A DNA stretch of 64,000 bases from a virus. The DNA is taken from positions 27,894-91,893 of the IMG/VR virus record IMGVR_UViG_3300005573_000857; one strand, 5' to 3'. A program made the position numbers and the translations under genes. Shown here in pieces: positions 28,901 through 36,483 of this stretch. The notes under the pieces are model-generated. The model did no database searches. It was not told the origin of the DNA and saw only the letters and a program-made list of their open reading frames with translations. The number at the start of each line of letters is the position of its first letter. The stretch's first letter is position 1.

Positions 28901-29064
28901 CTATCGACCTCAAGAACGAATACTTAAGAACCATTCTCGGATCGGACTTCGTTAGGAGACCCGATAAGATCGACGATGTCCCAGAGGCTGTAAAACTGCT
29001 AGACTCTTATTGCTTAGTAGTCGGTGTAAAGACGAAAAGCGATAAAAAGGAGGGTAGTGAATGA
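25927..29064 (+). CDS. rpoB: DNA-directed RNA polymerase beta subunit, copy 2
   Basis: RDVHPSMFGRVCSVDTPE, PFLEHDD..R.QMASSQMRQA, GDKIGNRHGNKG, SRMNVGQ and GGQRVGEME. Confidence 0.95.
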   Translation: MRIVNPFFHLSDGGIFELREKDYASIEQTVREMLKPAEEAGFVIKEFELRDQRPSVRELMPTLKKNLVIVLEKNNSVVNLTTQIPKLVDGNYIVISGRKKVPLFQLFDLPIVTRGKSIKLRTNVATLSLTVKDKKGESDPFYVSLNFMNKDVPFSLVLFCCYGFDRVVDMFGLDKLTELPSNSGLLGKLECDFFSYYSESKEYTQEDFVRELGRYYTSYDAKKKGEEVVYALDLIAKVDVPSSRFFTTESAVSELLQALRIGHIDDTDFRNKRIRCFEYIVLAKLARDIYNLCIASRNALRPKFSTNSKQVISECKTSSIIQYDQSLNPIDELTKLSRVSLAGPGAFTKENVPEYLRDVHPSMFGRVCSVDTPERENCGVLQSLLPKVKLTEHMRFDEEVEDKATVSIAVSMVPFLEHDDQTRLQMASSQMRQAVTLLKVEKPYIRSGCEGLYTDYSSFIKRARKNGEIVYRDESFCVVVYDDKDFDIFKVGFRKTQTENIDFLVCKHKVGDKVKAGDIVVESFFCTNGEIKIGKNLLTVLATWHGLNYEDAILISEEVRDRGDFTSLHFIDLSFVLPPNKILLDLSDDSKGKTYRPLPTPYSKIVVKRKDKVFDMQSDNEVQEEVIEDYSVVALEKGQKYAVVKEMYVDNDVEKVFEEEQVYRTERDVKIYSVNIYANKWYDKVRPFDEWVQETIRMQQKRERDFHESLYKFIPREKVQEFIRDNGLNKFTSQGSYRINGELVNGMYIEILGVYEKPINVGDKIGNRHGNKGVVNILPKEKMPLLENGRHAEVCVSPMSTISRMNVGQIFEMHLAMSLQDLKAKLLKMIEDGKSQEEMRKYLLDYIKIVDATKDNWFYNQFESQLGVIDKKFVDDLTLVQPPFESCSREQVLEACKYTNTPLECSIYDPITGEKVLNKVGFGYMYFFKMVHIAEDRLAARGIGTYSKRTLQPLGGRRNRGGQRVGEMEMCCFIAHDATENLYETLTTKSDSIDLKNEYLRTILGSDFVRRPDKIDDVPEAVKLLDSYCLVVGVKTKSDKKEGSE

Positions 29065-29912
29065 CAGAATTGCCAGATATACAGCATAATCAAGAACCAG
29101 AGCACAAGTTTTACATAAATAAGGTTGGAGTGCAAAGTGTACGCTCTCCGTTTATTCTTCAGACACGATACGGTAGTTTCCACGAATTAGTGGCAAAGAT
29201 TACAATGACTACTGATTTGGCACCTAGCATAAAGGGAATAAGTATGTCCAAACTAATAAGGACATTAAAACCTTACTTAGAGAAGCCACTTAAGCATCCT
29301 CTTATAAGAGAGATTCTACAGCGCCTCCGAGTTGAAGTTGAAACTGATTCTGCAAATAGTTCTATTAGGTTTGAGTTCCAACTCCCTGTTATAAAAGTTT
29401 CACCGATAAGCAAACACACATTTCCAGAATACTACGATTGTGCTTTCGAAGGTTCTCTTGTCGGAGAAAAGTTCCGCTTCTTCCAGAAAGTAATTGTGCA
29501 GTATGCTTCTTATTGCCCGTGCTCTGCTTCGCTATGTGAACACTTAAAGCAAAATTCGAAGCTTGGTTTTCCGCACGCACAGAGGTCGTTCGCAGAAGTT
29601 CTTGTAGAAGTCATACCGCCAGAACTCCTTTGGCTAGAGGATATTATTGACCTTGTTGAAGATGCAGTTAAAACTATACCGTACCCGATTCTTCAAAGGG
29701 TCGATGAGCAAGAGTTAGCAAGGATTGCAGCCCAGAATGCGATGTTTGTAGAGGATGCTATAAGAAGAATTATCGCCAACTTAAATTCCTGTAGCAAAAT
29801 TTACGACTGGATTGTAAAATGTTGTCACGAAGAGTCAATCCATAAGCATGAGGCGATAGCAGTGGCTTGGAAAGGAATCAATGGGGGATTCGATGACAAG
29901 AAGTTTCTTTAA
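29061..29912 (+). CDS. folE2: GTP cyclohydrolase IB (FolE2)
   Basis: LPDIQ, KGISMS, CPCS, HAQRS, R.DE, FVEDAIR and ESIH.H. Confidence 0.92.
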   Translation: MTELPDIQHNQEPEHKFYINKVGVQSVRSPFILQTRYGSFHELVAKITMTTDLAPSIKGISMSKLIRTLKPYLEKPLKHPLIREILQRLRVEVETDSANSSIRFEFQLPVIKVSPISKHTFPEYYDCAFEGSLVGEKFRFFQKVIVQYASYCPCSASLCEHLKQNSKLGFPHAQRSFAEVLVEVIPPELLWLEDIIDLVEDAVKTIPYPILQRVDEQELARIAAQNAMFVEDAIRRIIANLNSCSKIYDWIVKCCHEESIHKHEAIAVAWKGINGGFDDKKFL

Positions 29913-29931
29913 GAAAAAGGAGAAATAAAAT

Positions 29932-30276
29932 ATGGAAAGAAAAAAGCTACTACAACTTTACGAAAAAGAAAGAAGGTACCAAGACAGCGTCTTTGGTGAC
30001 CCTAAAAAGAATCCCAATTTAAATGTAGCTAGTTTTCTGCTTTTTATTAAAACGTATGTCGACAGAGCAGCAAGCGAATACTTAAATAAATGGGATTCAG
30101 AAGTTCCTGAGTGGTTCAATGGAAGTATAGAATATTCGACACAAGAAACAGCTCCAGTGAAAACGTATGAAGATCTGGTTAAGATTATGGCCTTGGCCGG
30201 AGCGGCTTTAGAAGCGTTTGTAGAAATTGAACCAGAGTATTGGAGAACGGAAGGAGTAAAAAAGAAATGGCTATAG
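29932..30276 (+). CDS. Possible MazG-like all-alpha NTP pyrophosphohydrolase
   Basis: EKERRYQD..FG ... EDLVKIMALAGAALE helical pattern. Confidence 0.45.
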   Translation: MERKKLLQLYEKERRYQDSVFGDPKKNPNLNVASFLLFIKTYVDRAASEYLNKWDSEVPEWFNGSIEYSTQETAPVKTYEDLVKIMALAGAALEAFVEIEPEYWRTEGVKKKWL

Positions 30277-30437
30277 AAAAAAAGACTGACGAACTAGAAG
30301 TGCAAAAAGTACAAGAAACGCAAGAGCAAGACTTGCTGAAAGTTGGCGACACTTTCATGTTCCGTGGTATAGAGTACGTAGTTACATACTACAACAGTGG
30401 CAAGAAAAGATGGACAGTACAAGTTTACAAATCGTAG
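30267..30437 (+). CDS. Small hypothetical protein
   Basis: AAGGAG RBS before MAIEKK; LKVGDTF beta-rich pattern. Confidence 0.55.
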   Translation: MAIEKKTDELEVQKVQETQEQDLLKVGDTFMFRGIEYVVTYYNSGKKRWTVQVYKS

Positions 30438-30451
30438 AGGGAGGGACGAAG

Positions 30452-31204
30452 ATGGAGGAGAACTTGTTGGACTATTTGCCAAAGACAAAGTCATTTGACG
30501 AACCTGCGCCTGAGGAACCAAAGAAAGTTAGAGAAGTACAGTGTAGGAATATAGAGCCGATACCAGATATACAGACTATCTCTTTGTTCGACTGGTTCGA
30601 AGAACATAAGAGCGAGTTTGGTAATATTGTTAAGAGCGGCAAGATGAGTCTTACTGGAGTAGAGCGGGGAGAGCATCTCCTTGTAACAATTCCGGATTCT
30701 CGGGGAGGTTTTGCGTCAGATGGATTTCCAAGGAGATTTCCAGTACTCATTCACTGGGTCTCGAAGATAAGAGTTCTAAACTTGAAACCAATCGAGTTTG
30801 AGTTCTTCCAGAACTCTTTATTTAGAGTTCTGTACGATGTCAATGAGGCAATTAAAATAAGAGCGTACTACACGAAGACTGGGCTCATCGTAACATTCTG
30901 CTACGTAACAGTATCCGACAGGATTGTTCCGTATAATAAAACGAAGATTCGTAACAACGAGAAGTCTGTAAAAGTTCCTTTGCCAGACGCGGTCTTTATC
31001 GAAAGAGCGATGTTTGAGAAAGCGGATACGGAAATGGCGTCGGTTCTTTATAGCAAGTTATCTAAGGAAGAGAAGTACAAGATAAAGACGTTTAAAGACC
31101 TCATTGACTGGTTTACCCAGCGTGGCAAAGGTGTCACTGACGTAAACCACCTAGCCCAGATTGACGACGTGTGCATCTATGTTCTTAACAAGATAAGAGT
31201 GTAG
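30452..31204 (+). CDS. Hypothetical protein
   Basis: GGGAGG RBS before MEENLL. Confidence 0.7.
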   Translation: MEENLLDYLPKTKSFDEPAPEEPKKVREVQCRNIEPIPDIQTISLFDWFEEHKSEFGNIVKSGKMSLTGVERGEHLLVTIPDSRGGFASDGFPRRFPVLIHWVSKIRVLNLKPIEFEFFQNSLFRVLYDVNEAIKIRAYYTKTGLIVTFCYVTVSDRIVPYNKTKIRNNEKSVKVPLPDAVFIERAMFEKADTEMASVLYSKLSKEEKYKIKTFKDLIDWFTQRGKGVTDVNHLAQIDDVCIYVLNKIRV

Positions 31205-31210
31205 AGTAAA

Positions 31211-31244
31211 GAAAGAGAGGTTTTCAAGAACCTCTCTTTCTCTT
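31211..31244. terminator. Hairpin, probable terminator
   Basis: GAAAGAGAGGTT-TTCAAG-AACCTCTCTTTC. Confidence 0.6.
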
Positions 31245-31254
31245 AAGGAAGCAA

Positions 31255-31977
31255 ATGAAAATTCTGTCTAAAAAACTTTACTTAACTGACGTCTATTCCT
31301 ACGACATTTCAGCTTGCCATTATACTATTCTAAAGAAACTGGGTTACGATATGTCCCAAATTCCAGAGCACGATAAAGCCGCAAGAAACATAGAAATCGG
31401 TCTTAGGATGAGAGACAACCCAAGCTTAACTACTATCTTGCGAAGTGTTACTGAATCTTTAATTTCGGAGTACATTGTTAGGAACTCAATTAGCGAAGAA
31501 GACTTAGTCTTAAGACAGTACGACGGAATTTTAACTACGAAAAAACTAGTCGAAACTGACTCTTTTCTACCGTTAGAACTACGCGGAATCTTTGATGTTT
31601 TTCTGGCCTCTTCTGACCGTACAAAGTTCGTTGGTAAATACAAGAACGGCGAATTTGTGGCAAAAGGCGTTCCCTATCTATATGAAAACATTGAAAAATT
31701 TTTAGAGAAAATTCTAACTGCGGATGCTTGCAGCAAAAGTGCGTTATTTAGCCGACTGCAAAGAATACGAGACGAGTTTTTCGCAGTGAATGACCCTCTT
31801 GTATTTTGCATTCCAACTGACGACGAAAAGTTTCTAGTGACGCTAAAAGGCTACGGTCAGGTAAGAGTCTCAAAAAGTGCTACGAAAATGATATCTTGCT
31901 TGGACATCGATAAGCAGTCGTACTGGAATTTCTATTTGCGACCTTTCTGTGAGTCTTTAGTGATTGAGTTTGGATAA
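31255..31977 (+). CDS. Small family-B DNA polymerase-like (palm-only) protein
   Basis: YSYDISACHY (motif A-like), RQYDGI (motif C-like) and AKGV (KG motif); only 240 aa. Confidence 0.5.
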   Translation: MKILSKKLYLTDVYSYDISACHYTILKKLGYDMSQIPEHDKAARNIEIGLRMRDNPSLTTILRSVTESLISEYIVRNSISEEDLVLRQYDGILTTKKLVETDSFLPLELRGIFDVFLASSDRTKFVGKYKNGEFVAKGVPYLYENIEKFLEKILTADACSKSALFSRLQRIRDEFFAVNDPLVFCIPTDDEKFLVTLKGYGQVRVSKSATKMISCLDIDKQSYWNFYLRPFCESLVIEFG

Positions 31978-31982
31978 GGGAG

Positions 31983-32408
31983 GTGTTTTACGTTATGACT
32001 AAACAAGTGAAATCAATAAGGATCTGGAGTTTAGAACAAGCTCCAGACAACTACAAGAGGAAGTTCTCGAAAGATATACGAGCAAAGACCAGAGGGTGGC
32101 TTGTTGTAGTACCACAGCACCTGGCAACAAGCTACCCGAAGGAGTTGGAAGAACTAAGTAGTGGGGAAGTAAATTATGCAGTCTGCGAGAACGGAGATAT
32201 TTGTTTTATCGAGCTCGAGGAGGAAGAAGTTCCAGATCACTTAGAGAATGACGAACTCGATGAAGCAGACTGGCCGTTCGTGGTCGAAGTTCTAGACAGG
32301 GAAATGGAATACCAACTCAGGAGTTGGATTCCAGAGCACGTTGAAGACCTTGTGGGCTTTATAGATCGTATAGAAGAAGTTAGGGAGAAAAAACATGCTC
32401 GCAAATGA
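31983..32408 (+). CDS. Hypothetical protein with acidic C-terminus
   Basis: 141-aa ORF. Confidence 0.65.
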   Translation: MFYVMTKQVKSIRIWSLEQAPDNYKRKFSKDIRAKTRGWLVVVPQHLATSYPKELEELSSGEVNYAVCENGDICFIELEEEEVPDHLENDELDEADWPFVVEVLDREMEYQLRSWIPEHVEDLVGFIDRIEEVREKKHARK

Positions 32409-32991
32409 AGCAGTTCTTAACTTAGGCTCTGGAAAAATTCTTCCAGGAGAGTTTCAAAACTGTTTTTTGGTAAACCTGGATACATGCTATTATGGGGGGT
32501 CTAAAGCAAAAGTTATCGAAAGAGCTTACGAGAGAAAGTGGCTATCTAAGAAAGAGCCAGCTACTTTTTTCTGTACTGAAGATGCTTTCACTTTTCTTGA
32601 GAGGACGAGAATCATTTTCGATACTATTGTAGCTTACAGGTTTCTAGAGCACATCCATCCAAGTAAGCTGCTTTATCTTATCCACTTAATGTATGAGTGC
32701 TTACGGCCAAAGGGAAGAGTTATTGGGCTAACACCAGACTACGAAATTCTGGCGAAAAGAATTCTGAGAGAAGATCCGTTTTCTCCAGATTTTGAGAAAG
32801 AAAATATTGTAACTACTACTGAACTACTCAATGAGCCGAATTCCCCCCACTGTAGTATATGGACTCAAAAAAGAGCTTTCTACTACTTTACTTACGAAGG
32901 TAAGTTTAAACTAACTTCAATAGAATCTCCGTTTTCTTACGATGGACGGAACATCTACATGAAATTCATTGCAGAAAGGAGTACTCTATGA
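32395..32991 (+). CDS. Class I SAM-dependent methyltransferase
   Basis: LNLGSG, LVNLD, FLEHI, LRPKG and TPD. Confidence 0.8.
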   Translation: MLANEAVLNLGSGKILPGEFQNCFLVNLDTCYYGGSKAKVIERAYERKWLSKKEPATFFCTEDAFTFLERTRIIFDTIVAYRFLEHIHPSKLLYLIHLMYECLRPKGRVIGLTPDYEILAKRILREDPFSPDFEKENIVTTTELLNEPNSPHCSIWTQKRAFYYFTYEGKFKLTSIESPFSYDGRNIYMKFIAERSTL

Positions 32992-33218
32992 GACAGCTTA
33001 CAAAAGAAGAAATAAAGAAGTTAGCAAGTGTTCCTGGAGTTAGGAGAATAGCAGTAGAGAACTTCTTGTTTACTCTGACGAATAATAGAACCCCAGGTGA
33101 AGCCCTCCGAAATCTAGAGTACGACGCAAAGTTGTACAAGTGGGATGCCAAAACTGTTGGCGTTATAAAGAAGGGTATTAGGATGGCGATGAGAGAGGAC
33201 ATAAATGCAACAACTTAA
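32988..33218 (+). CDS. Hypothetical protein
   Basis: 76 aa; AAGGAG RBS. Confidence 0.65.
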   Translation: MRQLTKEEIKKLASVPGVRRIAVENFLFTLTNNRTPGEALRNLEYDAKLYKWDAKTVGVIKKGIRMAMREDINATT

Positions 33219-33618
33219 GGACGTCATATTGAAGACACCTTTTAAGAGAATCGAAAAAGACCTGTCTAAGTTCTTTAAAAAGGGCAGAAAAACTAAGTCT
33301 CTACGAGCTTACAGAATCCTGTACTCTAACCTAAAAAGGAAAAGAGCAAAACCGTCTGACGTAATCGTTTGCTTTAAGAAGAGGGGTAAAGAGTGTTGGG
33401 AAGTTTATGGCAAAAGTGCCACAACTGGACAAGAGTTTGCTCTTGATTATAGTACTTTTTCTGACTGGTTAGGCTTTAACTTGCAAAGAGTTCCACTTTC
33501 TTTAGAGCAAGCTCTTTCTGCTATTCTATGGGAAATGACCTTCTACGGTTTGACTGATTCTAAGGTCTACAAGGAGCGTCGGACTTTGAGGCGCCTGCTA
33601 AAAGAAAGGAGACGTTAG
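33205..33618 (+). CDS. Hypothetical protein (DUF6557-like)
   Basis: ALDYSTFSDWLG...AILWEMTFYG. Confidence 0.6.
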   Translation: MQQLKDVILKTPFKRIEKDLSKFFKKGRKTKSLRAYRILYSNLKRKRAKPSDVIVCFKKRGKECWEVYGKSATTGQEFALDYSTFSDWLGFNLQRVPLSLEQALSAILWEMTFYGLTDSKVYKERRTLRRLLKERRR

Positions 33619-33801
33619 GTGTTAAGTGAGTCCTGTATAAAAATAGAAGAGCCCAATTTGGAAGTTAAGATAGCGAATCTGAATATATTTCTTGTCGAAA
33701 AGAGAACACTACTAAATCGAGTGAAGTGGAAACTTTTTTCCAAGCTATTTCCAATTAAGTACCGCTGGATAAAAAAGGAGAAAAAGCATGGCGAACTTTA
33801 G
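33619..33801 (+). CDS. Small hypothetical protein
   Basis: 60 aa; fills the gap between neighbours; AAGGAG upstream. Confidence 0.5.
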   Translation: MLSESCIKIEEPNLEVKIANLNIFLVEKRTLLNRVKWKLFSKLFPIKYRWIKKEKKHGEL

Positions 33802-34633
33802 TGAAAGAATGGCAGCTGCTGGTGTCGAAGAGTACAAAAGTGGCTGCTTTAAGTATGTAGATGACATTAGCGTTGTCTGCTATAAGAAAGTAACAACTTC
33901 AGATCAAGACAACATCCCATTCTACGCCGTTTTTACTGCTTGTAAACCGCACGAACCACTTCGTTTTGCTGGATTTGTTTCTGAGTACTACAACTTTATT
34001 GGTAATCGAGTTCTTATTAACAAGATAAAAGAGTCTGTACAAGAAACAGGAACTGTGGTTCTTAAAGAAGCTACAGCTTTTAACTCTCGAAAGACGAGCA
34101 TGATACACGAAATTGTAGTAAGTAGTGGTTCTGCACAGGAAGGAGACATTCTTCCAGAAATTGCAGTCCAGAATTCGTACGACGGAACTTGGCAAGCTAA
34201 AGTCTTGTTTGGTTTGTGTGTTGCTGGTACTAAGCTAGTTTTTAGAACGAAGCTTGGATCTTTCTCTCAAGTGCATTCTGTTGCTTCCAAAAGTCGCTTA
34301 ACAGGAGCAATTGCCTCTTATTTCGTCACTTTTAAGGAAAACATTACTGAGTTAGTGTCTCTAAATTTTAAGAACAAACTAACCGAAGACGACGTTCTAA
34401 GAACTCTCGAGTTAGTCGAAAGGATCGGTAAGAAAAAGAGACAAGTAGTGTCAGAGTACCTCGCAGAAATGTCAGGACCAGTAACTGCGTGGAATATGTT
34501 TCTGGCGATTACAAAGTTTTCTTCCACAGAGAAGAACATAAATACTAGAATTCTACTTGAGAATATAGCGGAAAGGGTTCTTGTTTTACCCCAGAAAATG
34601 CTTAACTTATGTGAGGAGGAAGAAACACAATGA
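33788..34633 (+). CDS. DUF932-like phage/plasmid protein
   Basis: GFVSEYY..I.N and IAVQNSYDGT..KVLFG; TAWNMFLAIT. Confidence 0.6.
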   Translation: MANFSERMAAAGVEEYKSGCFKYVDDISVVCYKKVTTSDQDNIPFYAVFTACKPHEPLRFAGFVSEYYNFIGNRVLINKIKESVQETGTVVLKEATAFNSRKTSMIHEIVVSSGSAQEGDILPEIAVQNSYDGTWQAKVLFGLCVAGTKLVFRTKLGSFSQVHSVASKSRLTGAIASYFVTFKENITELVSLNFKNKLTEDDVLRTLELVERIGKKKRQVVSEYLAEMSGPVTAWNMFLAITKFSSTEKNINTRILLENIAERVLVLPQKMLNLCEEEETQ

Positions 34634-34920
34634 CAATAAACGAGCTTTTGAGTCTGACGAAGATTATTAGAGAAAGAATTAACGACTTGCAGGAGCTGAA
34701 GAAGCAGGTTAGTATTAGAGAAAGATTCTACTCTCCAACTGAGAAAGTTGTTGAGCCAAGGTATGACGTTGTGGCAGTAGACAAAAAGATCCAAGAACTT
34801 CGCCTGTTCCTCTTTAGAGCAGATGCTCTCGTAAAAGCGGCAAACGCTAGAACTGAAATTTCTATCGACGTAAATATAGAAAAACTCCTAGAACCTTTGC
34901 CGGAAGCAGGAACTAGATAA
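34630..34920 (+). CDS. Small coiled-coil protein, DIP1984/DUF6847-like
   Basis: MTINELL..RERINDL...YDV..VDK.I..L...D..VK.ANA.TEI pattern. Confidence 0.55.
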   Translation: MTINELLSLTKIIRERINDLQELKKQVSIRERFYSPTEKVVEPRYDVVAVDKKIQELRLFLFRADALVKAANARTEISIDVNIEKLLEPLPEAGTR

Positions 34921-34926
34921 ACAGGT

Positions 34927-35126
34927 AAGCGAGCAAAAGAGATAGAAACGCAAGTTAGAAACTTCCTTGTCACTGGTATACACCAGAGTGGGTATTGTAA
35001 GTGGGCTTAAAACAATTTTACTATGTTGTTGATTTTAAAAGCCCACGACAGACCCACACTTTTAGTTGGTTGTTGTAACGGTTTGGAAACCACTAACTTG
35101 CTTTCTCTCTTTGCTCGCTTTTTTTT
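34927..35126 (+). ncRNA. Putative ~200-nt multibranch structured RNA ending in a U-tract
   Basis: 28-bp closing stem (34927-34958 with 35093-35120), three internal hairpins, then a T-run. Confidence 0.65.
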
Positions 35127-35129
35127 CGC

Positions 35130-36413
35130 TTAGTAACAGGCTGACAAAGAGCTTTCTAATTTCTCGATTGCTTCGTCTACTTCTTGTTCTTTTAAAATAA
35201 GTGGCGGGCAAAACCTGATTGAAGATTGGCCGCAGGGGAGAGCTAATAAGCCGTTTCGGAAGCACTTTTCGATAATAAGACTTCTTTCCGCTCCAGCTGG
35301 CTCTTTTCGAGTGCGGTCTCTTACAATTTCAATTGCAACCATTAAACCTTTTCCTCTAACATCACCAATCACTTCAAACTTCTCAGCTAGTTGCTTTAGC
35401 TTTGCAATTAGATAATTCCCAACTCTTTCGACGTTTTCGAGTAATTCTTGTACAACTTCTATTGTGGCAAGAGCAGCAGCACACGAAACTGGGTTACCAC
35501 CGAACGTGCTACCGTGAGAACCAGCACTCCAGTCAGTTACTAGCGAGTCTTTTGCTACCATAGCTCCTAGTGGAAGACCAGACGCTATTCCTTTTGCTAG
35601 TGTGAAGATATCTGGATCTACGTGGAAATGTTCACACGCAAACATTTTACCTGTTCTTCCAAACCCAGTTTGGACTTCGTCAGCTATAAATAAGATGTCA
35701 TTCTCTTTGCATAAGTTGTAGAGCTTTGGCAGATAGTCGTCAGGAGGAACTACATATCCTCCTTCTCCAAGAATTGGCTCTATAAAAACGGCTGCTACTT
35801 CTTCTGCAGGAACTGCTTTTTCTAGTACTTCTCTAATGAAAGAAAGGCATTGCATACCGCAAGAGGGGTACTCTAACTTAAAGAAACATCTATAACAATA
35901 AGGATAAGGAACGAATACTGTTGGTAAGAGACTACCATAACCTTTTTTGTTCGAGCTTTTATTTGACGTAATAGATAGAGAACCGAATGTTCGACCATGA
36001 AAAGAACCTATAAAAGAGATGAAGAAGTTCTTTCTTGTAGAAAAGCGGGCTAGCTTCATTGCTGCTTCGTTTGCTTCTGCGCCAGAATTACAAAGAAAAG
36101 CTTTTCTATCTTTAGAACCTGGAGAGAGCTGGACTAACTTTTGGCATAGGTCAATCGCTTTTTCGTAGTAGAAGTCAGCAAAACACATATGCAGGAACTT
36201 TTCTGCTTGTTCCTTTATAGCAGAGACTATTTTTGGATGACAGTGTCCGGTATTGCAAGTTGCTATACCAGAAGTGAAATCTAAATACTCTTTATTGTCT
36301 ATATCGTATATTCGAACACCGTTACCTCTACTGACAACGAGAGGATATACTCTACCATAGCAGGGAGCCACGAATTTCCAGTTTCTCTGGAGAATATCTT
36401 CTACTTTGGACAT
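35130..36413 (-). CDS. Class III PLP aminotransferase (4-aminobutyrate/acetylornithine family)
   Basis: YLDFTSGIA, NSGAEANEAA, FHGRT, EPILGEGG, DEVQTGFGRTG, LAKG and STFGGNP. Confidence 0.95.
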   Translation of the reverse strand: MSKVEDILQRNWKFVAPCYGRVYPLVVSRGNGVRIYDIDNKEYLDFTSGIATCNTGHCHPKIVSAIKEQAEKFLHMCFADFYYEKAIDLCQKLVQLSPGSKDRKAFLCNSGAEANEAAMKLARFSTRKNFFISFIGSFHGRTFGSLSITSNKSSNKKGYGSLLPTVFVPYPYCYRCFFKLEYPSCGMQCLSFIREVLEKAVPAEEVAAVFIEPILGEGGYVVPPDDYLPKLYNLCKENDILFIADEVQTGFGRTGKMFACEHFHVDPDIFTLAKGIASGLPLGAMVAKDSLVTDWSAGSHGSTFGGNPVSCAAALATIEVVQELLENVERVGNYLIAKLKQLAEKFEVIGDVRGKGLMVAIEIVRDRTRKEPAGAERSLIIEKCFRNGLLALPCGQSSIRFCPPLILKEQEVDEAIEKLESSLSACY

Positions 36414-36483
36414 TCTTCAGCCCTCCCTTCTTCATGGGCTTTCCTCTACTATTACTACCCAGATTCATGTTAAGGAGTTTCAG

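Noticed and set aside
23204-29064. Inteins or introns in the RNAP genes
   Set aside because: Frames are continuous and no C/S...HN intein termini or LAGLIDADG motifs are visible.
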